DNA of 63,673 nucleotides from Elusimicrobia bacterium LH_S2 (GTDB lineage: Bacteria; CG03; SLGR01; JAGXOG01), in NCBI GenBank assembly GCA_023660015.1, contig JAGXOG010000001.1, positions 1-63,673 on the forward strand. The letters run 5' to 3'. The notes under the pieces were generated by a model that was not told the origin of the DNA, searched no databases, and saw only the letters and a list, made by a program, of their open reading frames with translations. Within the stretch, counting starts at the first letter, position 1, and each line of letters begins with the position of its first letter. Shown in pieces: positions 27,021 to 37,461 of this stretch. A program made the position numbers and the translations under genes.

Positions 27021-29191
27021 AGAATTTTTATTTAATATTTAAAAAAGAATTAAAAGAATATTTTAATTCACCGCTGGCATATATAATAATGATAGTTTTT
27101 TTAATTATCAGCGGTTGGCTTTTTGCTTCGACGATATTTTTAATTAACCGGGTAACTATAGAAAATTTTACCTATAACGTTCCAATTCTGCTTATGTTTT
27201 TTGCCCCGGCGCTGGCAATGCAACTTATGTCTAAGGAATTTTATTCTGGCACACTGGAAATATTGGGAACCCTACCTTTAAAAGACGAGCAGATAGTATT
27301 GGGGAAAGTATTTGCCGCCTCTACTCTTTTGGCCGCTTCGATATTGCTTACTCTTATATTTCCGGTAAGTATATCTTCTTTCGGAAATGTGGACTGGGGT
27401 CAGCTCATCGGCGCCTACATAGGTATGATATTAATCGGGGGGCTTTTCCTGTCGGCGGGAATATTTGCTTCGTCGCTTACAAATAACCAGGTAGTTTCTT
27501 TTATAATCGGTTTTGCCCTCTCTTTTGTTTTCTTTATTTCCGGTAAACTTACCGGCGTAATTCCGGGTTTTGGCGGAGAGATTTTCAGTTACCTGGGTAT
27601 AGATTCTCACTGGGAAAGTATATCCCGGGGGGTTATAGACCTGCGCGATATATTTTATTTTTTAAGCGTTTCGGGGTTTTTTATATATGCCTCTCTGGTT
27701 ATATTTAAAAAGAGGGTAAGACTGGGGGTCTATTCGCTCAGCTCTGTAATCCTGACGGCCGGTATAATTATTGTAATAAATATATTGTTGTCCGGGTTTG
27801 TAATCAGGATGGATTTAACCGAGAATAATATTTATTCTCTGTCTGCAGCGTCAAAGAATATGGTTAAAGAACTTGACGACCCGGTCCTGATAAAAGCTTT
27901 TTTTTCTGAAAACCTGCCTGACAAGTACGCAAAAAACGAGAAATATTTAAAAGATATTTTACATGAGTACAGGGCGTATTCGGATTCTAAAATAAAATTT
28001 GAGTTTCTCCGTCCTTCTGGGCAGTCAGAGGTAGCCCGCCAGGCCGCGGGATATGGAATCCCTCCCCTGAAGTTTACTGAAACCGGCAGGGAAAAATTTG
28101 AAGTTAAACAGGGTTATATGGGGCTTGCATTAATTTATGCTGACAGCACGGAATCCATACCCATAGTTCAGAAGTTAGACAGTCTTGAATATGATTTAAC
28201 AACAAAAATAAGGAAAATAACTTCGAAAAATTTAAAAAGGATAGGGACTGTAGGAAGCCTTGGAATATCAGATGAGATGAGAAGGAATATTACCGAAAGA
28301 TATGAGCTGGCACCGGCGACTGCTCCGTCCGCGGTTAAAAATTTTAATTCTTTAGTGGCCCGAGCTGATGATAATTTTACATCTATGCACCTTGATATTT
28401 TAAAGAAAGCCGTTGAAGAGAAGATACCTCTGGCGGTATATGCCGATAAGTATAAAGTAGATATGAAAGAATTCTCCGCGACTTCCCTTGATACCAGAAT
28501 AAATGAAATATTATCACCACTGGGAGTTACAATTAAGCCGGGCTTGATTTTGGATAATCAAAACCAGAGAATAAGCGTTACAACCCGGCAGGGGTTTTTT
28601 ACGGTACAGAATTATGTAGATTATCCTTATTTCCCCCGGATTACGAAACTTAATTCCAAACATCCGGCGGTAAAAGATCTGGGGGCAGTATCTGTGCCCT
28701 ATGTTTCACCGTTAAAAGTAAGCAGTAAAGCAGGGTACCTTATAGAAACGTTGGCTTCAACCTCGAAAAATTCCTGGCTGAATACTAAACCTAAATATAT
28801 GTCTCCCATGAGAGAGTACAGCTCTCCCGGAGGGGCCCAGAGCGGCCCGTTTACGGTGGGGGTAAGCATAAGGAAAGAAGATTCTCCTATGCGGGTAGTG
28901 GTATATTCAAACTCTCGTTTCTTTGACGAGGAATACATGGTAACCCCGGCAAACCGCGCGCTTTTTTTAAATACCCTTGATTACATAACCCAGGACGAGG
29001 CGTTAATCAGTATACGGTCTAAATCAATTTCGGCACGACCTTTAAAAGAATCCTCCGCTGCCACCAGAAAGCTGGTGAAAGCAGTAGATATATTTCTGAT
29101 GCCTCTTATTGTCCTTTCTGCGGGAATATACCGTTGGAAAAGAAAAGAATACATGAATTTAAAGAAAAGAAAAGAGTATCTCAGTGAATAA
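27017..29191 (+). CDS. Fused ABC-2 permease (GldF-like) and GldG-like auxiliary domain protein
   Basis: The N-terminal 230 aa or so are multi-TM ABC-2 type. A large periplasmic domain and a C-terminal TM follow. The start overlaps the ATPase stop (ATGA). Confidence 0.75.
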   Translation: MKNFYLIFKKELKEYFNSPLAYIIMIVFLIISGWLFASTIFLINRVTIENFTYNVPILLMFFAPALAMQLMSKEFYSGTLEILGTLPLKDEQIVLGKVFAASTLLAASILLTLIFPVSISSFGNVDWGQLIGAYIGMILIGGLFLSAGIFASSLTNNQVVSFIIGFALSFVFFISGKLTGVIPGFGGEIFSYLGIDSHWESISRGVIDLRDIFYFLSVSGFFIYASLVIFKKRVRLGVYSLSSVILTAGIIIVINILLSGFVIRMDLTENNIYSLSAASKNMVKELDDPVLIKAFFSENLPDKYAKNEKYLKDILHEYRAYSDSKIKFEFLRPSGQSEVARQAAGYGIPPLKFTETGREKFEVKQGYMGLALIYADSTESIPIVQKLDSLEYDLTTKIRKITSKNLKRIGTVGSLGISDEMRRNITERYELAPATAPSAVKNFNSLVARADDNFTSMHLDILKKAVEEKIPLAVYADKYKVDMKEFSATSLDTRINEILSPLGVTIKPGLILDNQNQRISVTTRQGFFTVQNYVDYPYFPRITKLNSKHPAVKDLGAVSVPYVSPLKVSSKAGYLIETLASTSKNSWLNTKPKYMSPMREYSSPGGAQSGPFTVGVSIRKEDSPMRVVVYSNSRFFDEEYMVTPANRALFLNTLDYITQDEALISIRSKSISARPLKESSAATRKLVKAVDIFLMPLIVLSAGIYRWKRKEYMNLKKRKEYLSE

Positions 29192-30023
29192 AAAAACTAC
29201 TTTAATTCTTCTTGCCGTTTTTTTAGCTCTCGTAGTTGTAGTCTTTTTAAAAGAGAGAGTGAATTTTGCCGGCGGCTATCAACCGTTTAAAGGGATGGAT
29301 ATTAAATCTATAACAATAAAAGATGCCCAAAGTAAAACGATAACCCTTCAAAAGAAAGGCACGGGATGGTTTTTAAAGAGCGGATGGCCGGCAAAAGAAG
29401 ATTTATGTAAGAAGATGACAGAAGAGTTAAGGGTACTTAAATTAAAAGATATTATTTCTACGAATCCGGAGAGGTTTAAGGAATTTATGGTTACTCCCCG
29501 GGGAGCCGTAGCTGTTACGGTCAATACCCGGGATGAAAATAATATAACTTTTTATCCGGGCAAACCCGGCCCTTCCCGCACAAGTATTTATTTTCGCTTA
29601 GAAAGAAGCTCGACTGTTTATCTCGTTCGCCGAATAAGCCGTTACCTCTATGTTAAGCCGGATAAGAATTTCTGGCGCGATTCTTATTTCTTTAAGAAAG
29701 GATTAAAGAAAGCAGAGAAAATAGAAATTGAGACTATAAATGATTCTTATTCCGTTAGCCGGTCTTCCGGAATATTTGAAAAATTATCTAAAAAGCTTGC
29801 TTCTTTTAAGATAACCGGGATAGAAAAAGCCCCGGGAATATCTAAAGATAAACCTTATATGGTTATTAAATATATATATCCGGACAGGGATAATGAAATT
29901 TACAGAATTTTTACGAGCGGGGATAAGTATCTGGTAAGTAAAGAAGGTATCGGTGAGTTTTATATTATAGACAGCGCTCCGGTTGCAGCTATAAAGGCCG
30001 AGGCATTTGACTCTTCTAATTAA
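29184..30023 (+). CDS. DUF4340-like periplasmic protein accompanying GldG-type ABC systems
   Basis: Signal anchor TLILLAVFLALVVVVFL. It overlaps the upstream gene, and its position is typical of the DUF4340 partner. Confidence 0.55.
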   Translation: MNKKTTLILLAVFLALVVVVFLKERVNFAGGYQPFKGMDIKSITIKDAQSKTITLQKKGTGWFLKSGWPAKEDLCKKMTEELRVLKLKDIISTNPERFKEFMVTPRGAVAVTVNTRDENNITFYPGKPGPSRTSIYFRLERSSTVYLVRRISRYLYVKPDKNFWRDSYFFKKGLKKAEKIEIETINDSYSVSRSSGIFEKLSKKLASFKITGIEKAPGISKDKPYMVIKYIYPDRDNEIYRIFTSGDKYLVSKEGIGEFYIIDSAPVAAIKAEAFDSSN

Positions 30024-30158
30024 TATAGACGGGAAATTTTTTTATGAATGGCACAACTCTTTTTCTTATGCTGTGCTTTTGGAGCATACTCGCAATAAGC
30101 GGGGCCGGGCGCTCTCTGATGACAGTCGCAAAAGATACCTCGCTGGAGGGGAATTTAT

Positions 30159-30608
30159 TTGAAGATGACTGTATCTAAAAACCGCAAGGCATATTATCAG
30201 TACGATATAATTGAAGAGATAGAGGCCGGAATAAAACTTACCGGCGCAGAGGTTAAATCCATAAGAGACCACAGAGTGGACATAAAACACAGTTACGCTC
30301 GAATTATTGACGGCGAAGCTTATCTTATAAATACTCATATTAATCCGTATAAAGAGTCTTCTGACGAGTATTACAATCCCAAAAGAGACCGCAAGCTTCT
30401 TTTAAAAAAGAAAGAGTTAAAGTCATTAAAGAAAAAAATAGAAAGCAAAGGGGTTACGCTCGTTCCACTTAAGATATATTTTAAAAGGGGTTGGGCAAAA
30501 GTCCGGCTCGGCGTAGCCCGGGGAAAGACAAAAAAAGATAAGAGAGACACCCTTAAAAGAAAAGTAACGGAGAGGGAAATGGACAGGGAACGCAAGAAAT
30601 ATATTTGA
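30159..30608 (+). CDS. smpB: SsrA-binding protein SmpB
   Basis: KNRKAYYQYDIIEEIEAGIKLTGAEVKSIR....LLLKKKELKSL...GVTLVPLKIYFKRGWAKVRLGVARGK is the canonical SmpB sequence. Confidence 0.9.
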   Translation: MKMTVSKNRKAYYQYDIIEEIEAGIKLTGAEVKSIRDHRVDIKHSYARIIDGEAYLINTHINPYKESSDEYYNPKRDRKLLLKKKELKSLKKKIESKGVTLVPLKIYFKRGWAKVRLGVARGKTKKDKRDTLKRKVTEREMDRERKKYI

Positions 30609-30730
30609 CACCGGCATATTTTAATTGTAGAATCATTGTATCATTTCCAAAAGTATAAAAATCTAAAAAACCGTTAATCACTCTTAAACAAATGCTCCGC
30701 AGGAAAAATATTTCGTGATTACTTAATTTT

Positions 30731-31229
30731 AGGAATTATCCCGAAGTTGTTGGATATGATAAATAATTTGGTTTTTTCGTAAATATAGTGCAGTTATCGT
30801 TTGAAAGTTGTTTTAAGTTGCAAAAAGTATTTATTCGTTACAATAGTCCTTTTGCCTTTGGCAGACAAAAGTCAGTCCTAAATCTCAAAAACTCACCTGA
30901 CTTATCGTCAGGTTCAAACAGTTTGAGCTTTTTTTAAAGAACCGAACTGCCTTTTAATAGGAAGACTAAGTCACTAAAATATTTTTGCAACATAAATACG
31001 AAAGAACCAATAATTTTGTAAAGAGCACATTCTTCGTCTATAGGTTCTCCTTTTGCCCGTAGGGCTCACAAAAGTCATGCTTAAAACTCAAAAACTACTC
31101 GTCATAGTGACGAGTTCAGACAAATTGGGGTTTTTCCTCTTAAGGAATCGGCATACCTTTTGATAGAAGGACAAAGTCGCTAAAATGACTTTTTATATCA
31201 GTTTACCCATTACTTTTGGGATAATGTCT
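30731..31229 (+). mobile_element. MITE-like repeat, type B, full-length copy interrupted by a nested related element; flanked by AATTTT
   Basis: The termini are AGGAATTATCCC...GGGATAATGTCT (inverted repeat). AATTTT lies at 30725-30730 and 31230-31235. The left arm is split after 30768 by the element at 30769-31009. Confidence 0.75.
30769..31009 (+). mobile_element. Nested MITE-like element (third subtype: related core, different termini TGGTT...AACCA) with 6-bp target duplication ATAATT
   Basis: The intact copy at 43071 reads GATAAATAATTTTGTAAAG. Here it is GATAA-ATAATT-[TGGTTTTTTCG...CGAAAGAACCA]-ATAATT-TTGTAAAG, with the duplication at 30763-30768 and 31010-31015. Confidence 0.75.
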
Positions 31230-31283
31230 AATTTTATATACCGCAATAAAATAACTAAACAATTATATTGATTAATTTTAAAA

Positions 31284-33929
31284 ATGACTAAGAAAAAAAT
31301 TATATTAGTGGACGGCAATTCCTATATGCATAGAGCCTATCACGCATTACCGCGACTTACCGACGGCGAGGGCAATCTTGTTAATGCGGTATTTGGTTTT
31401 ATGAAAATGCTGCGTAAGGTAATAAATGAGGAGCGTCCGGAATATATCTTTGTAGCTTTTGACCATAAGGGTCCGACTTTTCGGCATAACGAATATAAGG
31501 AATATAAATCTCACAGGAAAAAAACCGACAGCGAACTTATAGAACAGTTCCCAAAAGTAAACAACCTGCTGGACGCTTTAGATATCAGTCATTTGGCTTT
31601 TGAAGGATATGAAGCCGACGATACAATCGCTACGCTGACCGGAGAAGCTTCAAAACGGGACATAAAAACAGTAATAATTACCGGTGATAAGGATGCGCTT
31701 CAGCTGGTGGATGAGAATGTATCTGTTCGTAACGGCATGAAAGATATAAAATATGATGTAAAAACCGTTAAAGAAAAGTATAAGTTAACTCCTGAACAGA
31801 TAGTTGACTATCTTGCCCTTATAGGTGATAAATCTGATAACCTGCCTGGGGTAAGGGGTATCGGGCCGGTAACGGCGAAAAAACTTCTCAAGGAATACGG
31901 GTCAATTGATAGAATCTATAAGAATATCGACAGCATAAAATCAAAGATAAAAGAAAAGCTTGTAGCTCACAAAGAAGAATGTTTACTGACAAAAAGGCTT
32001 GTAAATTTAGTAGAAAACATAGATCTCCCTACTGATATTAATCAATGCCTGTGGAAAGGGCCGGACACGGCAGAGCTTAAAAAAGAACTGAAAAAATTAA
32101 ATTTTATGAGTCTTATCGCTGACTGGATAGAAACAGATAATTTTAAAAACAATTTAAAATATGAAATTATAAAAGAGAGAAGCCGACTGGAAGAATACCT
32201 GGACTTTGCGCTTGAAAAAGGCTCTATGAAAATTGAGATTGTTTTCGAAAATTCCGGTGAGGATTCTCAGAACATTCTTGTGGGGATGGGATTTTACTGC
32301 TCGGGTGAGAAAAGTATATATCTGCCGGTCGGGCACAGATATTTGGGTGCCTCTGGTCAGTTAAGCCGGTCTGAATTGCAGGAAATGTTTAAAGAGCGTA
32401 AATACAGCAAAGATATTAAGTTGGGAGGATATGATTTAAAACGGAGCTATCGTTTTTTAAAGGGGGTGGGGATAAGTTTTAATAAACTTGAGTTTGACAT
32501 TATAACTGCCGATTATATTTTAACTTCAAAAACAGGCATAAAGAGTCTTAAGGATATAAGCTCGCGTCATTTAGGGTGGGCGCCCGGCAGCCTGCCGGAC
32601 GATGCAGGCCAAAAAGAAATAACCGATATTGCAGAAATAATCTCCGCCCGCCTGGCGGCGGCCGAAAGTTTAAAGAAAACAATGATTTCAAAGATGAAAA
32701 ACCGCAGACAGTATGAACTTTTTAAGGAGACAGAGATGCCGCTGGTTAAGATTCTGGCAGAAATGGAACTTGCCGGCATAATGATTGATATAGATGAATT
32801 AAAAGATTCGGAAGCTGTATTTAACCAAAAATTAAGCAATTTGAGCAAAGAGATATTTAAATCAGCTGGCCGGCAGTTTAATATAGATTCACCTAAACAG
32901 CTTTCTGAAATTTTATTTTCTAAACTGGGACTGGAACCGGTTAAAAAAATCAAGACAGGTTATTCAACTTCTGCTGCGGTACTTAAAAAATTGTCAACGG
33001 AGCACCCCCTTCCGGCAAAAGTTATTGAGTACAGAAAGTTAAGAAAACTGGTTTCTACTTATATAGAACCTATAAAAGAGTTAACCGACCCAAAGACATT
33101 GCGGCTGCACACAACTTTTAATATTACCGGAACCCAGACCGGCCGTCTTTCTTCCAGCGATCCTAACTTACAGAATATCCCGGTAAAATCAGAGGAAGGG
33201 ACTTTAATAAGAAAGGCTTTTGTCGCTTCCGGCGGAAAAGTATTTATAAGCGCTGATTACTCGCAGATCGATTTAAGAGCATTAGCACATATATCCGGTG
33301 ATGAAAATTTAATAGCAAGCTTTAAAAACAAAGAAGATATCCATAGACAGACAGCTGCAAAGATATACGGTATAAAAAAGGAGGAGGTTACACCGAACTT
33401 AAGAAAGAATTCCAAAGCAATAAACTTCGGGATAGTTTACGGAATGTCATCATGGGGGTTATCTAAAAGAATAGATATGAGTAAGGAAGATGCCGAGGAG
33501 TTTATAGACAAGTATTTCAAACAGTTCCCGGGGGTAAAAGAATACATGGACAATATAGTTGAGGAAGCAAAAAAAAGCGGCTATGTTAAAACCATATTTA
33601 ACCGTAAGAGGTATTTGCCGGAGATTAATTCCTCAAATTACATGCGCCGTTCAATGTCGGAAAGGATGGCTATAAATACTCCCATACAGGGGAGTTCTGC
33701 TGATATTATAAAGATAGCTATGGTAAAATTAGATGAGATTTACAATTTCAACGAGATAGATATAAAACTGCTTTTGCAGATACATGATGAGCTTATATTT
33801 GAAGTGCCTGAAAATAAATTAGAAGAGGTTAAACTAAAAATTAAAGACCAAATGGAAAATTCAGTAAAGTTAAAAGTGCCGGTTACCGTGGATTTTAAAT
33901 CCGGTAAAAATTTAATGGAGCTGGATTAG
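31284..33929 (+). CDS. polA: DNA polymerase I
   Basis: The 5'-nuclease N-terminus is ILVDGNSYMHRAYHA. Polymerase motifs are DYSQIDLRALAH, ..RKNSKAINFGIVYGMS.. and ..LLQIHDELIFE. Confidence 0.95.
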   Translation: MTKKKIILVDGNSYMHRAYHALPRLTDGEGNLVNAVFGFMKMLRKVINEERPEYIFVAFDHKGPTFRHNEYKEYKSHRKKTDSELIEQFPKVNNLLDALDISHLAFEGYEADDTIATLTGEASKRDIKTVIITGDKDALQLVDENVSVRNGMKDIKYDVKTVKEKYKLTPEQIVDYLALIGDKSDNLPGVRGIGPVTAKKLLKEYGSIDRIYKNIDSIKSKIKEKLVAHKEECLLTKRLVNLVENIDLPTDINQCLWKGPDTAELKKELKKLNFMSLIADWIETDNFKNNLKYEIIKERSRLEEYLDFALEKGSMKIEIVFENSGEDSQNILVGMGFYCSGEKSIYLPVGHRYLGASGQLSRSELQEMFKERKYSKDIKLGGYDLKRSYRFLKGVGISFNKLEFDIITADYILTSKTGIKSLKDISSRHLGWAPGSLPDDAGQKEITDIAEIISARLAAAESLKKTMISKMKNRRQYELFKETEMPLVKILAEMELAGIMIDIDELKDSEAVFNQKLSNLSKEIFKSAGRQFNIDSPKQLSEILFSKLGLEPVKKIKTGYSTSAAVLKKLSTEHPLPAKVIEYRKLRKLVSTYIEPIKELTDPKTLRLHTTFNITGTQTGRLSSSDPNLQNIPVKSEEGTLIRKAFVASGGKVFISADYSQIDLRALAHISGDENLIASFKNKEDIHRQTAAKIYGIKKEEVTPNLRKNSKAINFGIVYGMSSWGLSKRIDMSKEDAEEFIDKYFKQFPGVKEYMDNIVEEAKKSGYVKTIFNRKRYLPEINSSNYMRRSMSERMAINTPIQGSSADIIKIAMVKLDEIYNFNEIDIKLLLQIHDELIFEVPENKLEEVKLKIKDQMENSVKLKVPVTVDFKSGKNLMELD

Positions 33930-33932
33930 ATT

Positions 33933-34547
33933 ATGTTTAAGATAGGTATAACCGGCAGCATAGCTTCGGGGAAAAGCAGAGTTTCTAAAATATTTAAGGA
34001 TAACGGGATACCGGTAGTTTCCAGTGATGATATAGTAAGTAGTCTGCGCGCCCCGGGGAATGTTATATGGCAGGAGATAAGAACCCGGTGGCCCGGTAAA
34101 TACATAGGAAAGGACCGTAAAATAGATACGGACGGTTTAAGAAATAAGATACTTAAAGATTTAGATTTTAAAAAAAAGATAGAAAGTATTATCCATCCTT
34201 TAGTAAGAGCAGAGATAGAAAAAATTTTTTTGGTCTGGCAGAAAGAAAGACTGTCTGTGGCGGCAGCGGAAGTGCCACTTCTTTTTGAAGTTGGATGGGA
34301 GGATATCTTTGACATTATTATTACAACTTATGCTCCCCGGGATTTAATTATAGAGAGAATAATAAAAAAACTTAATAGTGACAGAAAGAAAGCCCGTAAG
34401 TGGCTCTCTATGCAGATGGACCAGGAGGAAAAAAAGGAGAGAGCGGATTATACGGTAGATACGAGCAAAGACATTAAAAAGACAGAAAAGGATATAAAAA
34501 AAATAATAAAAAGAATAAAAGGAGAAAAAAAGCATGAGAATTTCTGA
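33933..34547 (+). CDS. coaE: Dephospho-CoA kinase
   Basis: [13 protein letters not shown]-loop with the ..IIHPLVRAE.. layout. Length is about 200 aa. Confidence 0.85.
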   Translation: MFKIGITGSIASGKSRVSKIFKDNGIPVVSSDDIVSSLRAPGNVIWQEIRTRWPGKYIGKDRKIDTDGLRNKILKDLDFKKKIESIIHPLVRAEIEKIFLVWQKERLSVAAAEVPLLFEVGWEDIFDIIITTYAPRDLIIERIIKKLNSDRKKARKWLSMQMDQEEKKERADYTVDTSKDIKKTEKDIKKIIKRIKGEKKHENF

Positions 34548-35808
34548 ACTTGAAGAAAAAACGGTTAAAAAGTTAAAGTCAATGGCCAAAAAGTACGGTG
34601 TGGAAAATTATAATGAACTTAAAAAAGAAGAACTCGTTGAAGCGGTGCAGAAAGGGTATCACCGTAAGGAGTGCTCTGATAAAAAATATATGGAGGGGGT
34701 GTTGGAAACCCTTCCGGACGGTTTTGGGTTTTTAAGAGCAAGCACTAACAATTATATAACCGGGCCGGATGATATTTATATATCACCGTCTCAGATTACA
34801 AAGTTTCTGCTGCGCAACGGGGATCGGGTTTACGGGGAGGTAAGGACGCCTAAAGAAGGCGAAAGATACCATGCTCTTTTAAAAGTAGAAGCAGTAAACG
34901 GTGACGATCCTTCAACTATAAGGGGAAGAACAAAATTTGACGTTCTAACTCCTCTTTACCCCGAGGAAAGATTAAAAATTGAAACCTCTAAGGATGAAAT
35001 AGAGATGAGGATAATGGACCTGCTTACTCCCATAGGCAAGGGGCAAAGAGGGCTCATAGTTTCTCCTCCCCGCGCCGGGAAGACCATAATACTTCAGAAA
35101 ATAGCTAATGCGATTACTACTTCTCATCCTGAGGTCTCTTTGATGGTTTTGCTTGTGGGGGAAAGGCCCGAAGAGGTTACGGACATGGTAAGATCTGTAA
35201 AGGGGGAGGTAGTAAGCTCTACTTTTGACGAGCCGGCCCGCAGGCATATTAAAGTGGCGGAGATGGTTATTGAAAAAGCTAAAAGACTTGTAGAGCATAA
35301 AAAAGACGTAGTGATACTTATGGATTCGATTACCCGTCTGGCCCGGGCTTATAATTCTGTCGCTCCTTCTTCGGGCAGGGTGTTGACAGGAGGCGTGGAT
35401 TCAAATGCTCTTCAGAAACCTAAACGGTTTTTTGGTACTGCAAGAAATGTTGAGCAGGGAGGCAGCCTTACGATTATGGCTACGGCGCTTATAGAGACCG
35501 GTAGCCGTATGGACGATGTTATATTTGAAGAGTTTAAAGGTACCGGGAATATGGAAGTTAATCTTGACCGGAAGCTTGTTGATAAAAGAGTCTTTCCGGC
35601 AATTGATTTATTCCGTTCGGGCACCCGTAAAGAAGAGCTACTTCTTACAAAAGACGAGATTACCAAGGTATGGATACTCAGGAAGATATTAAACCCCCTG
35701 GGTATGGTTGAGGCAATGGAGCTCATAGTCCAGAAAATGAGAACAACTAAATCCAACGAGGAATTTCTTAAGCTTATGGAAGCAAATGATGTAAGTAAAT
35801 TTCAGTAA
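34534..35808 (+). CDS. rho: Transcription termination factor Rho
   Basis: The N-terminus is [20 protein letters not shown]. The RNA-binding segment is [14 protein letters not shown]. Walker A is PPRAGKT, followed by ...[23 protein letters not shown]. Confidence 0.95.
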   Translation: MRISELEEKTVKKLKSMAKKYGVENYNELKKEELVEAVQKGYHRKECSDKKYMEGVLETLPDGFGFLRASTNNYITGPDDIYISPSQITKFLLRNGDRVYGEVRTPKEGERYHALLKVEAVNGDDPSTIRGRTKFDVLTPLYPEERLKIETSKDEIEMRIMDLLTPIGKGQRGLIVSPPRAGKTIILQKIANAITTSHPEVSLMVLLVGERPEEVTDMVRSVKGEVVSSTFDEPARRHIKVAEMVIEKAKRLVEHKKDVVILMDSITRLARAYNSVAPSSGRVLTGGVDSNALQKPKRFFGTARNVEQGGSLTIMATALIETGSRMDDVIFEEFKGTGNMEVNLDRKLVDKRVFPAIDLFRSGTRKEELLLTKDEITKVWILRKILNPLGMVEAMELIVQKMRTTKSNEEFLKLMEANDVSKFQ

Positions 35809-35826
35809 ATTTTATCCGGTAAATTT

Positions 35827-35855
35827 TTGACAATACTTAAGCAGTAAAATATAAT
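35827..35855 (+). promoter_or_regulatory. Consensus sigma70-type promoter (TTGACA-17 nt-TATAAT) upstream of the 5'-nucleotidase gene
   Basis: TTGACA lies at 35827-35832 and TATAAT at 35850-35855, with an exact 17-nt spacer. It sits 20 nt upstream of the ATG at 35876. Confidence 0.55.
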
Positions 35856-35875
35856 ATAGAACAAAAGTTTGAGAT

Positions 35876-37429
35876 ATGAAATATTTTAAAAGATTACTTT
35901 TATTGCTTGGAATTATAGGGATAGCCGCAGGCTCCTATTTATATTACTTTAATAGGAATGTAAGCAGGGTGGATATAATCTATACTTCCGACGGGAATGG
36001 GAATGTTCTGCCTTCTATTGATTACAATAAAGAGGGACACCCTAAGATAGGTGGTCTGGCGGTTCTGGGTGGGTATCTTTCAGAAATCCAGGTTCCTTAT
36101 ATACTTACCGATTCCGGAGATATTTTTCAGGGAACCCCTGAAGGGATTTTAAGTAAAGGAGAGCTACTAATAGATATTATGAATGTTCTGGGTTATAGTG
36201 CAGCGGTAGCCGGGAATCACGATTTCGACCTCGGACAGGAGACTTTAAAAAATTTAGCCGGAAGCGCTAATTTCCCCATATTAGGGGCAAATATATTAAA
36301 AACGGAAACCGGGCTGGTACCCGGATATCTAAATTCCCATGCAACATATAATTTATATAACCTCACTATCGGGCTCATCGGTGTAACTACTGAAAATATG
36401 AAACAGATTTCTTTAAAAGAAAATATTGACGGCCTTGAATTTCCCCCACCGGCTCAGGTAATAGTAAATAGTGTTGAGCAGCTTAAAAATACGGCCGATA
36501 TCATTGTTCTGCTGTCCCACCGCGGGTTAGAAGAAGATAAAGAACTGGCCTCTCGAATTAATGGGGTCGACCTTATACTGGGCGGGCATTCCCATATTCC
36601 TGTCCGGAAGGCAATAATTAAAAATAATATTTTAATTTCCCAGCCGGGCTGCCATTTTAAATATGCTGGTAGGATAGCCCTCTACTACAGCTGGTCGGAA
36701 GATAAAGTCCTGACTTATCGTGAGAGCATGACTCCGCTTTATGTACAGGATTTTAAATCTGATTCTCGGATTAAGAATATTATTAAAACCGGCATGGAAG
36801 ATATCGGTGAAGAGATGACTAAAGTGATAGGTCGTTCAGAGCGTCGGATTTCAAAGAACCTTTCCGGTGAAGAAAGGAAACACGGCGAACTTCCTCTGGG
36901 GAACTGGCAGACTGACTTGATGAGAAAAGAAACTAAAAGTGATTTTGCCTTTCAGAATTCCGGAGGGATAAGGGCCGATATTCCAAAAGGGGATATTACC
37001 GTGCGGAATATATGGAAACTATCCCCTTTTGGAAATACGCTGGTCACCATGAAACTTACCGGCAGGCAGGTAAAAGAGCTTCTTGAGCAGAGTGCAGCAC
37101 ATGATTATTCACGACTTCAGGTTTCAGGCCTTAAAATGATATATAACGATTCAATGCCGAAAGGAAAAAGAGTTCTGAATATAATTATAAAAGATAAAGA
37201 AGGCGAAAAACAGGAGATAGACCCGGAAGAAGAATATAAAGTAGTTACAAATTCTTTCCTTTCCGCTGCAGGCGACGGATATACTCTATTTAATGAAGGC
37301 AGCGATGTAAAAGACAGCTCTCTTCTTTTAAGGGACCTGGAGATTGAATATATAAAAAAGAACTCTCCGATTTCCGCCAAGGGTGAAGGCAGGTTAATTA
37401 ACGTATCCATGGATAAGGAGAATAATTAA
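35876..37429 (+). CDS. Membrane-anchored bifunctional metallophosphatase / 5'-nucleotidase (UshA-like)
   Basis: N-terminal TM helix. Metallophosphatase motifs are DSGDIFQGTPEG, GNHDFDLG and GGHSH. A C-terminal 5'-nucleotidase substrate-binding domain follows. Confidence 0.85.
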   Translation: MKYFKRLLLLLGIIGIAAGSYLYYFNRNVSRVDIIYTSDGNGNVLPSIDYNKEGHPKIGGLAVLGGYLSEIQVPYILTDSGDIFQGTPEGILSKGELLIDIMNVLGYSAAVAGNHDFDLGQETLKNLAGSANFPILGANILKTETGLVPGYLNSHATYNLYNLTIGLIGVTTENMKQISLKENIDGLEFPPPAQVIVNSVEQLKNTADIIVLLSHRGLEEDKELASRINGVDLILGGHSHIPVRKAIIKNNILISQPGCHFKYAGRIALYYSWSEDKVLTYRESMTPLYVQDFKSDSRIKNIIKTGMEDIGEEMTKVIGRSERRISKNLSGEERKHGELPLGNWQTDLMRKETKSDFAFQNSGGIRADIPKGDITVRNIWKLSPFGNTLVTMKLTGRQVKELLEQSAAHDYSRLQVSGLKMIYNDSMPKGKRVLNIIIKDKEGEKQEIDPEEEYKVVTNSFLSAAGDGYTLFNEGSDVKDSSLLLRDLEIEYIKKNSPISAKGEGRLINVSMDKENN

Positions 37430-37461
37430 TTGTATCGGAATTTTAATAATTACGATACAAT

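Noticed and set aside
30024-30728. I looked for a tmRNA (ssrA) gene next to smpB, and for tRNAs in all intergenic gaps.
   Set aside because: I could find no GGGG..-type 5' end, no alanine-tag reading frame and no T-arm/ACCA-type 3' end (GGTTCGAATCC-like). The gaps are filled by AT-rich sequence and MITE copies. A covariance-model scan (Infernal, tRNAscan-SE) should confirm this.
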